64,000 nt of DNA from Candidatus Latescibacterota bacterium (GTDB lineage: Bacteria; Latescibacterota; UBA2968; GCA-2709665): assembly GCA_963667175.2 (NCBI GenBank), contig CAXXXF010000018.1, positions 1 to 64,000 of the forward strand, given 5' to 3'. Each line of letters begins with the position of its first letter. The stretch's first letter is position 1. Shown here one piece after another: positions 29,623 to 40,895 of the stretch. The notes beneath the pieces were generated by a model. It was not told where the DNA came from, made no database searches, and saw only the letters and a list, made by a program, of their open reading frames with translations. The position numbers were made by a program, and so were the translations under genes.

Positions 29623-31074
29623 TTGGACAGGTGTGCTTCCGAGTATTTCTTAAGTTGGAGATGTTTTCCACAATTGGATGGGTCCGAAATCCGACAGGAA
29701 TTGGTCTGGGCGGATTGCCATAGTCTGATTAACGACTACGGAACGTGGTCGCTAGAATCTAGTTTGCACCCTTATGATGGTCAACTAAAGAGTGGCTTTG
29801 TCAATAGATTCTCCGAGAAAGTGCCTCAGAATCTCAAGAATTACGAGCATCCAAATGGATTCTCCTTTCGACCATTCGAAGCATATTTTCGATATTGGAA
29901 GGCGTACATTTTCGTCGAAGCCCTTGACGGTTACGAAGACATCGGTCGTTTTCTGTCGTCCAAGATCGGCCGAGAGACTGTGATATCGAACTTTAGAGAA
30001 AAGAGTAAGCGGTGGGAGGTCGAATACGAAGATGTCTTCAACCGACTCTCGTTTTATAGAACGGCAAAGACGATTCTGACTCTTTGGCAAGGTGACGGTT
30101 GTACAACAAGCCGAAAGGAGCTCTCAGAGTTCATTCTGGATGTTTCGAACGGCACCACTGAGTTGCTGGAGCGGGATCTGGAAAAGCTACTGATCCTGTT
30201 CGGAAACTGGAGAACGAGAGAGCAAGCCGGGCGAAGGTATTATCAACACGCCTTAGAGCAACTTAGATATGACGTGTTTCTTCTCCTTGAATGGCTTTGT
30301 CCCCTGACTGGCAAACGGGAGGAAGTGTATTTTGAGAAATGGAGTCGACCTAATCAGGGCTATGTTCCACTGAAAGAGGTGATTTCCTTTGAGGAATTCG
30401 AATTGGAAGAGTGCTTCGTCACCTATGCACCAGGTTATTTGAAACCGCTGGTCGAAGCCGGAATTCTTGCGGATGCAAATAGCGTGTATGGACGTTTAGC
30501 GAAACACGATAGCTTTTGGCCATGGATCCGCGCGTTCAGCGATCTACATCACAAAATGGTACCTACGAACCCAACAAAACCATTGGTTTTCAGACAGCCT
30601 CGAATACTTGATCATCTTCTTGTAGTGGCAGTTCGAACCGAGATATTGATACGATCGTTCTACGAAACAGTTGCCGATAAAGAAAGTCAGAATCTCCTGA
30701 GCGACGTTTTCCGTGATTTTTCAAGAATGCTGCCACCCAATTCAACCGCTCGGGAAATCTTGTCCAAAGTCTCGGAGGATTCGAACTGGAAGCAAACGCG
30801 ATTACATGAAAAGCCTGAAGAAATATTCAGAAATATAGACAGAATTCCTCGTAATGCGCAATGGAGCGAGATTCAACACCACATTTTTAGGTCAATACTA
30901 CGATTTAACGCAGCAAGGAACCATTTCGTGCACCATTCCTATAAAGATAGATTCATGAATACTCGGGTTGAGACGTTGCCCGGAGAAATCTTGATCTCCT
31001 GCCTTGAAACCGTGATTTTTATGGAATCGGTCGTTCAGGAAATCGCATCAGGATGTCGAAAGCCCGAGAAGTGA
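29623..31074 (+). CDS. Hypothetical protein with C-terminal HEPN-like motif (5' part probably degraded)
   Basis: 483 aa ORF; ARNHFVH (R-x4-H); weak TTG start and fragmentary upstream frames. Confidence 0.6.
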   Translation: MDRCASEYFLSWRCFPQLDGSEIRQELVWADCHSLINDYGTWSLESSLHPYDGQLKSGFVNRFSEKVPQNLKNYEHPNGFSFRPFEAYFRYWKAYIFVEALDGYEDIGRFLSSKIGRETVISNFREKSKRWEVEYEDVFNRLSFYRTAKTILTLWQGDGCTTSRKELSEFILDVSNGTTELLERDLEKLLILFGNWRTREQAGRRYYQHALEQLRYDVFLLLEWLCPLTGKREEVYFEKWSRPNQGYVPLKEVISFEEFELEECFVTYAPGYLKPLVEAGILADANSVYGRLAKHDSFWPWIRAFSDLHHKMVPTNPTKPLVFRQPRILDHLLVVAVRTEILIRSFYETVADKESQNLLSDVFRDFSRMLPPNSTAREILSKVSEDSNWKQTRLHEKPEEIFRNIDRIPRNAQWSEIQHHIFRSILRFNAARNHFVHHSYKDRFMNTRVETLPGEILISCLETVIFMESVVQEIASGCRKPEK

Positions 31075-31174
31075 CTCAGGATGCGCACAAACCCCTGCCG
31101 AAATTGCCGGTTTGAGACAAGGGGTCCTCAACGGATAGATCGCCGCCGATGCAAGATTGACAAGCCCTGGACCG

Positions 31175-31360
31175 TCAGTCGATCAATGCGTATAGTTCAT
31201 CCGCGATTTCTTCGGTGCCCATTATCGAAGTATTGAGAGCGATTTTGTCGGCCAACATCGGACTATGGCGGGTTACTTCATCTTTTGAGATCTCGTGCCA
31301 GATCGGCAAGATCCGTGGATTACCTTCGACGTCGAGTGACCAAAGGCCATCAAGTTCCTT
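31175..31360 (-). pseudogene. C-terminal half of a TIR domain
   Basis: ELDGL...RILPIWHEISKDEVTRHSPMLADKIALNTS...EEIADEL, a typical bacterial TIR C-terminus; N-terminus replaced by the ApeA gene. Confidence 0.75.
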
Positions 31361-31385
31361 ACCGATCAATAAGGAAAAACTTACC

Positions 31386-32852
31386 ATGCGACTATTGGAG
31401 CCAATAGAGAAGCCTGGTTTTTTCTGGTTGCCGGAAGATGCCGAAAACCAAGTGCCAGGTATTCTTCGCGTTTCTAATTCAGGTGAAGTCGAGCTCGAAG
31501 TATTTCGATATTACGACGCCATGGCACACGCCAGTGGGACACGACCTCTCGGAAGTTGGCCACTATATCCTGTATTCGGTGGGGACCGGAATATTAAGCG
31601 AATATTGGGTATAGTCGACAATACGCCGATTACGTTAGATGAATGCACCTATAGCTACAAATATAAGGCTATGCTGACTGGAGGAGTATCGGTCTCAAAC
31701 ATTATTGCAAGATATGCGTTTTTCGGCACGAACTATAACGCAGGAGAGGAAGTTACCTTCAGGAAGCTCACATTCGCTGTGGAAGGGCTTGATGAGTGGC
31801 TTTCGGTCACAGGATTCAAGGTTGATCCCGATTTTGAGGGGGACTCCAGAATTGGCGCATCAATTGGCTTTCGTCTACCAAACGATATCGAAATTGCCCT
31901 TTCTGCTGTACTAAAAGTGAAGTTTATCTTCTTAGCGTCTATAGCCGGTCATAGAGTTACCCAACCAGGAGTCTCTCAGAAAGCGTATATAAGTCTGGTT
32001 GCCGAGAAGCCGATGCCGCTCGTTAGCTTTCTCGATTTGACGTACAAACTTCATGACTTCCTATGTCTTGCAATTGATAGGAACACGGCAATAGAGACAA
32101 TCGTAGGATACTCAAGTGACCGAACGATCGAGAATAGAGGAAAGAAGCACGAAGTTGGGATTTCGGTATATTGTCGAAGCAAGCGGTATTCGCGAGAAAA
32201 GACAGAAATCCATCTGCCTGAAATGCTATTGCCCTATAGGGTTGTGGCTTGCCGAATTGACAGCATTTTGACCAAATGGCTCGATAACTATGAGAGTCAT
32301 GAGCCTGTGTTCAATCTATACTTCGCTACCAAATCTAATGACAAAGCATTCTTGGAGAGCAGATTCTTATCGTTGGCACAAGCAACAGAAGCTCTTCATA
32401 GGAGTATTTCCAGTGAGACGCCAATGCCAAAAGCGGAGTTTCGCAAGCTCCGAGGCAGAATATTGAAAATCGTCCCTGATGGTGTTCAAAAGGAACTCAT
32501 ACAGACAAAGTTGAGTTTTGCGAACGAACTCACGTTGCGAAAACGTATTGAAAGAATGATAGAGCCCTTTGTGTGTTTCTTTGGCACTAAAGAAGAAAGG
32601 AAGGATTTCATTCGTGAAGTTCGCGACACGAGAAACTATCTGACACATTTCGATAGAGAGCTAAAGGCCAAGGCCGCAAAATGGGAGGATCTCTGGAGGC
32701 TTTACATGAAACTTGAAGCCCTACTTCAATTGCATTTCATGCTTCTAATTGGATTGGACCTTGAGTTTATCAAGACCATAGTGAATGAGAATCACTCGCT
32801 CCGCGAAAAACTCGAGCTTGAATATCAGGAGTCATCGGAGGAATCGGTGTAG
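31386..32852 (+). CDS. ApeA-like HEPN protein (ApeA N-terminal domain + HEPN)
   Basis: GFFWLPE...VPGIL, ITLDEC, FLSLAQATEALHR, LRKRI, VRDTRNYLTH. Confidence 0.85.
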   Translation: MRLLEPIEKPGFFWLPEDAENQVPGILRVSNSGEVELEVFRYYDAMAHASGTRPLGSWPLYPVFGGDRNIKRILGIVDNTPITLDECTYSYKYKAMLTGGVSVSNIIARYAFFGTNYNAGEEVTFRKLTFAVEGLDEWLSVTGFKVDPDFEGDSRIGASIGFRLPNDIEIALSAVLKVKFIFLASIAGHRVTQPGVSQKAYISLVAEKPMPLVSFLDLTYKLHDFLCLAIDRNTAIETIVGYSSDRTIENRGKKHEVGISVYCRSKRYSREKTEIHLPEMLLPYRVVACRIDSILTKWLDNYESHEPVFNLYFATKSNDKAFLESRFLSLAQATEALHRSISSETPMPKAEFRKLRGRILKIVPDGVQKELIQTKLSFANELTLRKRIERMIEPFVCFFGTKEERKDFIREVRDTRNYLTHFDRELKAKAAKWEDLWRLYMKLEALLQLHFMLLIGLDLEFIKTIVNENHSLREKLELEYQESSEESV

Positions 32853-32988
32853 GACGGCGGATTTTACGTACAATTGAGTTTTGTGCCAAACGCGGGTAAA
32901 TATAGGCCCAACGCACAACGAGACCTGAATGGCTGCATGTAATTGAGCCAAATCTCCCAAACAAGACCGCAACTGCCAATACCGTTTT

Positions 32989-35900
32989 TTATGGTAATCC
33001 CACTTTCGCCTCGCCTCTTCCTGTCAAATTCAATATCCCCGCAATCCGCCTCGCTACCTCCGCAAAGTACTGTACTTCCTCTGGCTTGAGCGCTCGGTCG
33101 AGCACCTTCCGTTCGCGATAGGATAGCCATTTCTTGAGTACCTGATAGCCGCCGAGTTTGTAGTTCCAGACCGCGGCGGGGACGTTGCGCCAGAAGGCTT
33201 TGTCATTCAGGTATATGTCAAACGTATTGTCACCCAGCACTGATTTCACCGAGCCCAGCGCCTGCTTTTCATCCGCCGTGTATTTTCGTTGTTCAGCGCG
33301 CCCCTGTCCCGGCATCACGGCTTCGCCCGATCCGTAATGACCCCACCCGGCGGTGACCGCGAAATCGTCACCCGACATATTACGATTATCGACAGTTGAT
33401 GGCACGGCAATCGCTTTGATTTCCGGTCGCAGTGTGCCCTGGGTCACACCCGACACCGGCGTCTCGGGGTCAAGTAGCCCTGCCAGTTCACGGCCCCGAG
33501 CAGCGGATTCAGCAAAGGCCTGAGCTGCTCCATTGCCTTTGCCGTCCGGCCATCCAGGCAGCGGAATACGCGGCCATCCCATTTTCAGCGCACCCGCGTT
33601 AGTATCCCGGTAGTCAGAATCGTGAAGAGTGTAAATGACGTTGTAAAACAGGTCTTCTACACCTGCATCGAAGCATTCGAGGTAGCTTCCGGCTTCAGTA
33701 GTCAAGTTGTGCCTGTGCTGCGGTGAATCGGGCTGCCCGCCTTCGTATCGAAGAAATGCGGGGAAAAAGTATGACATTCCATTTCCGAAATTGTCTGCAA
33801 GATGTCTAACGACGGTGCCACGGCAGAATTCTTGTCCGGGTTCTCGTTTTCTTGCTTCGATCCAAATATTCCCGTTGAATACATGCGGCTTATAGTCAGC
33901 GCAGGGAGTATCGAGAAGTCCTGATTCCGACTCCCAATAAAGCCAACGATTGTCAAAGGGCCGATAGGCGTATTTGACGAAACTACCCGTGTCCGGTCCA
34001 CCGCGTCGAAGCAACTCATCCCGTACCGCGTGGGCGTCATACTTCGCTGTGGTACGCATTGCAGTTCGATACCGGCCTGCTAATTCACCATGACTCAAGT
34101 CTGAATCGAAATAGTCAGCAATACGTTTCTCCAACCTCCTACGATCGGTATCAATTAGAAACGAATCACGGTTAGTCTTGATCGCTGAGAACGAAACAGG
34201 AATCAAGTCGGGCAGCGCCGGCCAATCGAACCAATCTTCACTGACTGCCATTGGTTTGAAGGGTAAGCCGAGGCGGAGAATAGGCGGAGATGCCGAATAG
34301 CCATCATCGATTTCGGTGGCTTTGACCGCGTTCAACAATGCCGTTCTTCTTTCATCGGCCTTTGCTTGATGAAAATCCCTATATAGGACTCGTCCTTCTA
34401 TCGAACCATCTTGGTGGGCTCCGGATCTTGTTAGCAAGACGATGCTGGTGCCAACCTTGATACCCGGCGATTGGCCTCGAATGGAGAAGATCGTCTCGCT
34501 GGTCCGGCCATCAGGCGCATACTCGGAGATGATGCGGTCTCCGTGTAAGTTGTCAATCCGAATGGTATCAAACGTATCCAGAAATTGCTCACGCATTCCC
34601 GTATGTGACAGGCCGTCCAGCCAGGAATAGTTGGAAATGAACGAGACGACGCCCTGGCCGGTTTTCGCGATTCGGCGTTCCGCCATCCGGAAAAACCGTA
34701 CGTAAGGATCGTTTAAACCCTGGCCTTCCGGCCGGCGCACCCGCTTCGTAGTGCGGTAAGCTTCGGACAGATCGCGCTCTTCATCTACGGCCACAGCGGC
34801 GAATCCGTTATAGGGTGGATTGCCGAGGATTACGAGGATCGGTGTGTCCTGTTTCACCTTTCCGGCCCGGTCGCGCTCCTGCTGAAGTTCGGGAAAGGCA
34901 ACTGTCTGCGACCCCTCTCCGGTACCCTCCCAGTCGGTCAGTGCGTTGGTGAGCAGGATGCCCAAACGTTCCGATCCGTCGTTCGAGAACGTCGCGTCAA
35001 GATCTCTGAGGGCGAGGTCAACCTGGAGATGGGCAACCACGAAGGGCGCCGGCATGATCTCGAAGCCGAACACACGCTCCGTCGCCGCTTGCTTTACCCG
35101 CGCACCGGCCAGGGCACCGAGTCCGCGTCCTTCCAGATTGGCGGCAATGCGGCGCAGTACCTCAGCGATAAACGCGCCAGTCCCACAGCAAGGGTCCAGC
35201 ACGTAGACGTTCTCCGCGGCAAGTCCGTCTACAATGCCAAGGTCGTCCTTGAGCGCCTTATCAACGCGGGCAACCATGTAGCGCACGACTTCAGACGGGG
35301 TGTACCAGACCCCCAACTGCTTTCGTAAGTCCGGATCGAATGCTTGCAGGAATGGTTCATAGAAATACGTTACGGCTTCTCCCTCGTCAAAACGGGCAAA
35401 GAAGGCGTCACCATCCACCCGGTCAAGCGCGGCGGACGTCCAATTCAGCACCTCAACAAGGCCGATGGAACGCAGTCTGCCTGGCTGCGATACCTGCTGG
35501 AATAAAGCCTGCATTACCGGCGTGCGGAGATGCCACACGGCTTCATGCCAATTGAACTCGATCCCGGGCGCAGGCTTATTTCGCGCCCAAAGCACCCACG
35601 CGGAGAATATGCCGTAGAATAGTGTCTGAACCAGCGTCGAATGGAAAAAACGCTCACCACGTTCGTCCTCGAACCGAACACCCAGTGATTCCTCCAACGC
35701 GGATCGTATCGCGTTGAGCGACGAAGAATCGTCCGCGGCTACGACTCGAGTCAGTCCGTCGCGGGCGTACGAGGCGAGTAACCAGGCAAGGTCCTTCGGT
35801 TCGGTGATCGCCGCCTGGTGAGACAGCGCACGGATCAGGTATTCACTCAGCCCGGCGCCCACCTCGTGGGCGAAGGTGCGCGGCTTTTGCAACCTTCGGT

Positions 35901-36366
35901 TGAACTCATCCTCGGTGTCAGCGAGGCTATAAGATTCGAAATCGGTCTCAACTCCGGCTCTATCGCGACCGACAAGAGTAAACCCTCGAAAATTGGTCAT
36001 CAAAACCAGGTCGTACCGGGTCCAATATCGTGTTACCTGACCACGAACCTCCGGCGTACCCATATTTTCCGCTGTAGGCTTTACTTCCACGACGCCGCGT
36101 TCCGGAATTTGTCCGGGGCGCGGATTGCCCTTTTGCACCTGATTGGACGTGTAGAGACCAAAGTCTGGGCGTCCCGAACCCTGATCGGCCAACTCGCCGA
36201 CGCAGTATACCTTCGGCTTAAGTGACTTTCCAACCGCATTCAAGAGATTGGCCAGCGGCCCATGGTTCGAGAGCTCTCCGGTTCCCCCGCCCATGGCTCG
36301 GATTCGTCGAAGGTCAGTGAAATAGTCTTCAACTGCCTGCGTCAGTCTCGCTGTCGATTTGGCCAT
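32989..36366 (-). CDS. Single-chain type IIG/ISP-like restriction-modification enzyme (nuclease + N6-MTase + TRD)
   Basis: PDFGLY...VVEVK, GVWYTP, VLDPCCGTG, ILGNPPY, YAYRPFD, and a type ISP C-terminal GGYQVLKKWLSYRE; no helicase domain. Confidence 0.9.
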   Translation of the reverse strand: MAKSTARLTQAVEDYFTDLRRIRAMGGGTGELSNHGPLANLLNAVGKSLKPKVYCVGELADQGSGRPDFGLYTSNQVQKGNPRPGQIPERGVVEVKPTAENMGTPEVRGQVTRYWTRYDLVLMTNFRGFTLVGRDRAGVETDFESYSLADTEDEFNRRLQKPRTFAHEVGAGLSEYLIRALSHQAAITEPKDLAWLLASYARDGLTRVVAADDSSSLNAIRSALEESLGVRFEDERGERFFHSTLVQTLFYGIFSAWVLWARNKPAPGIEFNWHEAVWHLRTPVMQALFQQVSQPGRLRSIGLVEVLNWTSAALDRVDGDAFFARFDEGEAVTYFYEPFLQAFDPDLRKQLGVWYTPSEVVRYMVARVDKALKDDLGIVDGLAAENVYVLDPCCGTGAFIAEVLRRIAANLEGRGLGALAGARVKQAATERVFGFEIMPAPFVVAHLQVDLALRDLDATFSNDGSERLGILLTNALTDWEGTGEGSQTVAFPELQQERDRAGKVKQDTPILVILGNPPYNGFAAVAVDEERDLSEAYRTTKRVRRPEGQGLNDPYVRFFRMAERRIAKTGQGVVSFISNYSWLDGLSHTGMREQFLDTFDTIRIDNLHGDRIISEYAPDGRTSETIFSIRGQSPGIKVGTSIVLLTRSGAHQDGSIEGRVLYRDFHQAKADERRTALLNAVKATEIDDGYSASPPILRLGLPFKPMAVSEDWFDWPALPDLIPVSFSAIKTNRDSFLIDTDRRRLEKRIADYFDSDLSHGELAGRYRTAMRTTAKYDAHAVRDELLRRGGPDTGSFVKYAYRPFDNRWLYWESESGLLDTPCADYKPHVFNGNIWIEARKREPGQEFCRGTVVRHLADNFGNGMSYFFPAFLRYEGGQPDSPQHRHNLTTEAGSYLECFDAGVEDLFYNVIYTLHDSDYRDTNAGALKMGWPRIPLPGWPDGKGNGAAQAFAESAARGRELAGLLDPETPVSGVTQGTLRPEIKAIAVPSTVDNRNMSGDDFAVTAGWGHYGSGEAVMPGQGRAEQRKYTADEKQALGSVKSVLGDNTFDIYLNDKAFWRNVPAAVWNYKLGGYQVLKKWLSYRERKVLDRALKPEEVQYFAEVARRIAGILNLTGRGEAKVGLP

Positions 36367-36465
36367 AATACGTTATGCTCTTTCAAGTGGCTCAAGTTCG
36401 AGTTTCTCAACCGAAAGCCGGATGCTTTAGTTGGAGAGACATATCTGATAGTTTTCCCAAAGGAA

Positions 36466-39400
36466 TTACATCAATCCGCGCCTCGCAGCAACTTCCCTCA
36501 GGCCTTGTTTGAGTTCACAGGAAAGGTCTGATCGAAGGAGCTTCTCGATGAGTTCTTTGCCGTTGGGCCAAGCAAGCGGCCGGGATTTGATCTGGTCCAG
36601 GTAAGATAGGAGTTTAGCGACCGCTTTGGGATGATGTTTCCAGAGTTCGTTCTTGTAAACCAAATATACGACCCGACTGCTATTAGCGCTTTGGACTTTT
36701 GACTCCACAGGTTGCATCTTGACTGCCAAATCAACGGCCTCAGAGAACACCTCCTTTAGATCAGGCAACCAGCAAAGTTGAATCCAGATTTCGTCAGCGC
36801 TAAGTGACGCCGGGACACCCTGAGTCCGGTATTCCCAATAGCGTTTGCCCCAAAGTTCCCACCACTCGCGTTGCTGCGAGTCAGTCATGTGTTCGAGACG
36901 GTTTCCTATTGTAATCGCGAAGTAACGTCGCGCATTGACGCCTGCGTGGTTGAAAAATTCGGGAATCCAGACTTCCAGCGGGTCGTCGGCATAGTACGTC
37001 AACATTTCGGTATAGCGCGCGATAAATTGCTTTTTCCCTTCAACCGAGAAATCTTGCTCTATTCGGGAAACGGCATCAAGGAATGCCTCCCCCATGAGTT
37101 CAGCCACTGCCGGGCTGAGACGCCCATACAAAAAGCCGTCCCAAATTGCCTGATAGTCCTCAACATTGGAGCGATTCGTAAAAAACGGTACAAGTTTTGC
37201 CTCTGTCCAATCTCGATCGACACCGATCAAAAAAGAAAGATACCGTGCAAGGACGGCTCTGCCCAACCTTCCGGCAAGTGTTTTATCCTCGACGATATCT
37301 AAAAGTGCATCACGATAGGCTGGGCTTAGGTCATCGGGCTCCCCGGCTTGCTGTTTTCGCAAGCAATTCAGGCTATGCAGCCAGAAACCGGCGAGAAGAC
37401 CGGCGGTGCTGTTAATCGCCGCCGTAAGCCAGGACCCGATTTCCCTTCGCCCATCGTCGCGGTCAACGTGGCACCACAGGTTAGCTGCGATTTGGTTAGC
37501 TTGTGTAAGCGGTATGTGGGCATGTTGGGTCTGGTTATTTGACACCAAGTTGTAGAGGGATTCGGCGATGGGACGTGCACAGTTTTTTTGCAATTCGATC
37601 CTTTCCAATTGCTGAATGACTTGACAAACTCGATTCTGGTCGAGTTCTGTCACCGACCACAACCGCATTAGAGTGTTCCATAAATCGGTATCCCAGTTCC
37701 GTCTCTTGGCCACCGCATCCGCCAAATCAAGTCCCCACTGGAAATCACGCTTTGCCGCATCCGAGACGGCTATGTTAAGCCCGAGACGGTCTGGTTCATT
37801 AATTCCTGTATCCTGGAATGACAATAGTTCGTCGGCCCATTCTTCAGCGGGTTTCGAAAGGAGTTCGTCTACGGACCAGGGACTCTGGCGGATTCCCGGG
37901 ACGGAACTCATCCAGTGAGTGAGATCTGGATGGTCGCTCGGCTGGAATTCAGGAAAACGACTCAGCACGTCGTCTAGAGCTTCTTTGGCCAACGAACAGT
38001 CGGGTGCCGATTTATGTAGCCAGTCGATCCATGGTGCGCCGTGAAAGGCGCGGAACTCCAGTGGGTGAGAGTCCCACCCGACAAATGTTGCTACAGTCGG
38101 TAGCAACCGGAGCGGGGGTGAAGGTAACGACATCTCCGAAGCCTCCGGTGTAAAGGGTCGCAAGGCGACTCGGCGAGTATGCGGGCCGAAACGTGCAGTG
38201 AACGCTGAGCAGGCCTCGAAAAAGGTAATGCGGGAGCCGACCCGCCCATGGATCGGGGAAGGCCGCCGTCGTTGGAAAAAGAGAGCAACGCGTGCATCCA
38301 ACGGTCCCGCCGGGGTAATGGCGAAGGCACGTATACAAGGGGTTCCGACGCAACACGGGAAGCCCCAGCGGTGGTGAATAGACACCAACCGGACGCCCGT
38401 GAGGGACAGGCCGGGCCGTATGGGGTGGCGGACAGGCTCGTAGTACCCGTGAAGCCGGGTAACGCCGGTGGAGGGAAGGGGCCTGACTTCGGATGTGCTT
38501 GCGAAGGGGACAACTGTCGGGAGAGTGGCGCAAGCCTATTACCTCCTCTAAAAGTAGATGAGGCGACTCCGGAACAAGCTTGGGCTTCAGGTGAAGCTGT
38601 CCGGGCAGTGCGGGCAGCGTGTGCCTGAAGGCGACGTCCGTCGGAGAGCCGGATGCGGGAAACCCGCACGTCCGGTTCGACGAGCGGGATGTGGAAACGG
38701 AGCACGGAGCGGCTATTGAGGCACCGCCAGACGAAAGGGGCGGAAACAGATAAGAAGGGCCACTCCTAAACCACCGCGCCACATCCCGACTCTACTGAAA
38801 TGACGGTAGGCAGTTTTGGTCTTCGTGTCCTCATCTTCTTGTATTGGCGCGCGATAGGCCTGAACGGCATCTATGACAGCCATTCGTTGCCGCTGATCGG
38901 CTTTCGGGTACGTCTTTCGCAAACAGACGAACAGTTCATGATGCGCGGCGTGATCGTAAAGATCCATGCAAGCCAATAACCATTCGATTTTTTCGCTGGA
39001 ATTTGGATCATTGTGGAACGATAATGCGTGCACCGCGAGTCGGCGTAGAAGCGGTGACTCCTCACCTGCGAGTCTGTCACACCACTGCGCTGCCTTCTCC
39101 GGCCGATTTGTCGCGAGCCATTCCAGGCAGTCTCGGGCGGCATCGATCAATACGTCAATTGTCTCCGGGTATTTGTCCTGTTCGTGCGGTTCGATGGCGC
39201 TTCGGCTATCACTGACCGGATTCCAATCGCGGTTGGCCTCCTGCCACGTGGTGAGTGTCCGGTGTTGCGTCGTCAGGTGCTCGATAACGGTCGCAAGTAG
39301 CGTCTCCGCTACAAGGTCGAGATTCGGTTTCAATCCGTTAGTCCAGAGTTCATTGATCGTGTGGTGATCACTGACGGGTGCGCATTCGATATCCATTCGT

Positions 39401-40770
39401 GGACTCTGTTCCTCCTCGTCTGAAACAGGCCAAGAAAAACCCCGCTTGACCACAACGCGGCTTGCCGCCATCGCATCGAAGACATCGACGACACGATCCA
39501 ACAGTTTGTTCTTTATGCATCGTTCTCCCAAACAAAACAACGGATGCTCAGATTCCAATTGAGCTGGCGCTGTAGCGAGCAGAAGCGAAACCCATCGCGA
39601 TAGAATTTCACAATCCAATTTCGCGTCTTCACAGGACTCAATAGTTCGACATAGCTGACGCCAGAATGCCGGATTTACCCGCATATGGTGCCGGCCGATT
39701 GACAGAAAAAGCTCATCTGGATGTTCGCATAGGAATTGCCGGGCGAGCCAATTTGACAAGAGGACATCCCGTTCACTCAGTTCGCCGCTTCCAAAGAGTC
39801 CATCCAGATTATCGCGCTCGTCGAGCCAGGCGACCCATTCAACCGACGTCGCGGCATCGGTGAAAAATCGTGTCTTCGTTTCGTCTGTTAGCGCATCCTT
39901 AATAACATCCATCGCCTCGTCGTCAAGGGTAGGCGGCTTTTGGGCGATTTCCGTTATCTCCCGCTGCCAGTCAAGAATACTGCGTCTTGCGTGATTGGCA
40001 AGACCGTGAACTCCTCTAAGGAGAGGGCCGTGGTCATTGTCGGATGTCTTTATATATTCGATCGGTACTATGCCGAGATTCTGCCACCGGCTGTCCTTAG
40101 CATCATGCGTAAGTGCAAAACGTCTATCAGTTTCGCTGACCGGTAAAGCCCGTGACAAATAGTTCATGATTGTGTCGTTATGACTGTAACCTACGAAAAG
40201 AACGGTGAATGAACGAAATACCTCGACAAGAAAACTCCGCGCCCACCCCTCAGTGAGATATGCGCGGCCAAAATCTGCGTCTGTGAGAACCATCTCGTCA
40301 GGGCGATCAAGAGCGCCGTGAACATGAACGATTCCACTAAATTTCCTCCCCAAAGGGAGGGCGGGAGCTCGAAATACGTCCGGTTCCGAGTCGAATAAGC
40401 CGTCTACCGCCTGCTCGAACAGAAGATCGAAATTAGTGGTGACGATCAGGGGTGATTTGGATTTCGGATATAACCTCAGAAGATCCCGGTGCAAATCGGT
40501 AGAGTGGGGGTTTTCCTGAGAAAGCTCTTGTTTTGCTCGAGTATGTACGTCCGTACCGCTGTATCGAAGCAGACCCAGGAATTGGTCTTCGGACTCGTCG
40601 TCCTGCAAGGTTCGTCCCGTGCCGCGAGCGACTGCCCTTGTAAGGCCTCGGAAGCTCGGAAGGTTCGCCGGGTCTCCCATCGATACGCCTGCCCCAGCGA
40701 ATACGACCAGCTTGTCGTCGCGTAAGGCGTTTACTAACTGCCTGGGAAAATCGATGCCTTTAATTTTCAT
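36466..40770 (-). pseudogene. Sir2/Dsr1-like anti-phage NADase (about 1180 aa) interrupted by a group II intron
   Basis: SIR2 motifs VVFAGAGVS, TTNFD, HVHG, LFVGYS. Removing 38034-38795 rejoins ...AYRHF-T-WIDWLH... in frame (3543 nt). Confidence 0.85.
38034..38795 (+). mobile_element. ORF-less group II intron (762 nt), antisense to the host gene
   Basis: 5' GTGCG; domain V GAGCCGGATGCGGGAAACCCGCACGTCCGGTTC at 38646-38678; 3' end CCCGACTCTAC; no RT ORF; EBS1-like CATGGATCG (38247-38255) is complementary to the 5' exon CGATCCATG (38025-38033). Confidence 0.92.
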
Positions 40771-40821
40771 AGTCGATTCGTTGGATTCGTTAGCGCCACA
40801 TTACGCCACGCAGCATTGCCC

Positions 40822-40895
40822 CACCCTTCAATTCGTCCCCTCGCTGACGCTGTCCCTTTACCAGATTTCCCCGAATGCGTAGTCCTCCAACCATC
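40822..40895 (-). pseudogene. Diverged duplicate of the AAA ATPase 3' end
   Basis: WLEDYAFGEIW*RDSV versus WVEKYAHGEIWERDGV at 41603-41670. Confidence 0.65.

Noticed and set aside
38089-38107. GCTACA as EBS2 pairing with exon TGTAGC
   Set aside because: It lies within a hairpin stem and the exon match is too far from the junction.
36466-38388. 640 aa ORF as an independent gene
   Set aside because: Its first ~118 codons are antisense intron sequence; the rest is the Sir2 gene's 3' half.
38012-38782. ORFs inside the intron as an intron-encoded protein
   Set aside because: No RT (YADD) or maturase motifs; they are chance frames in structured RNA.
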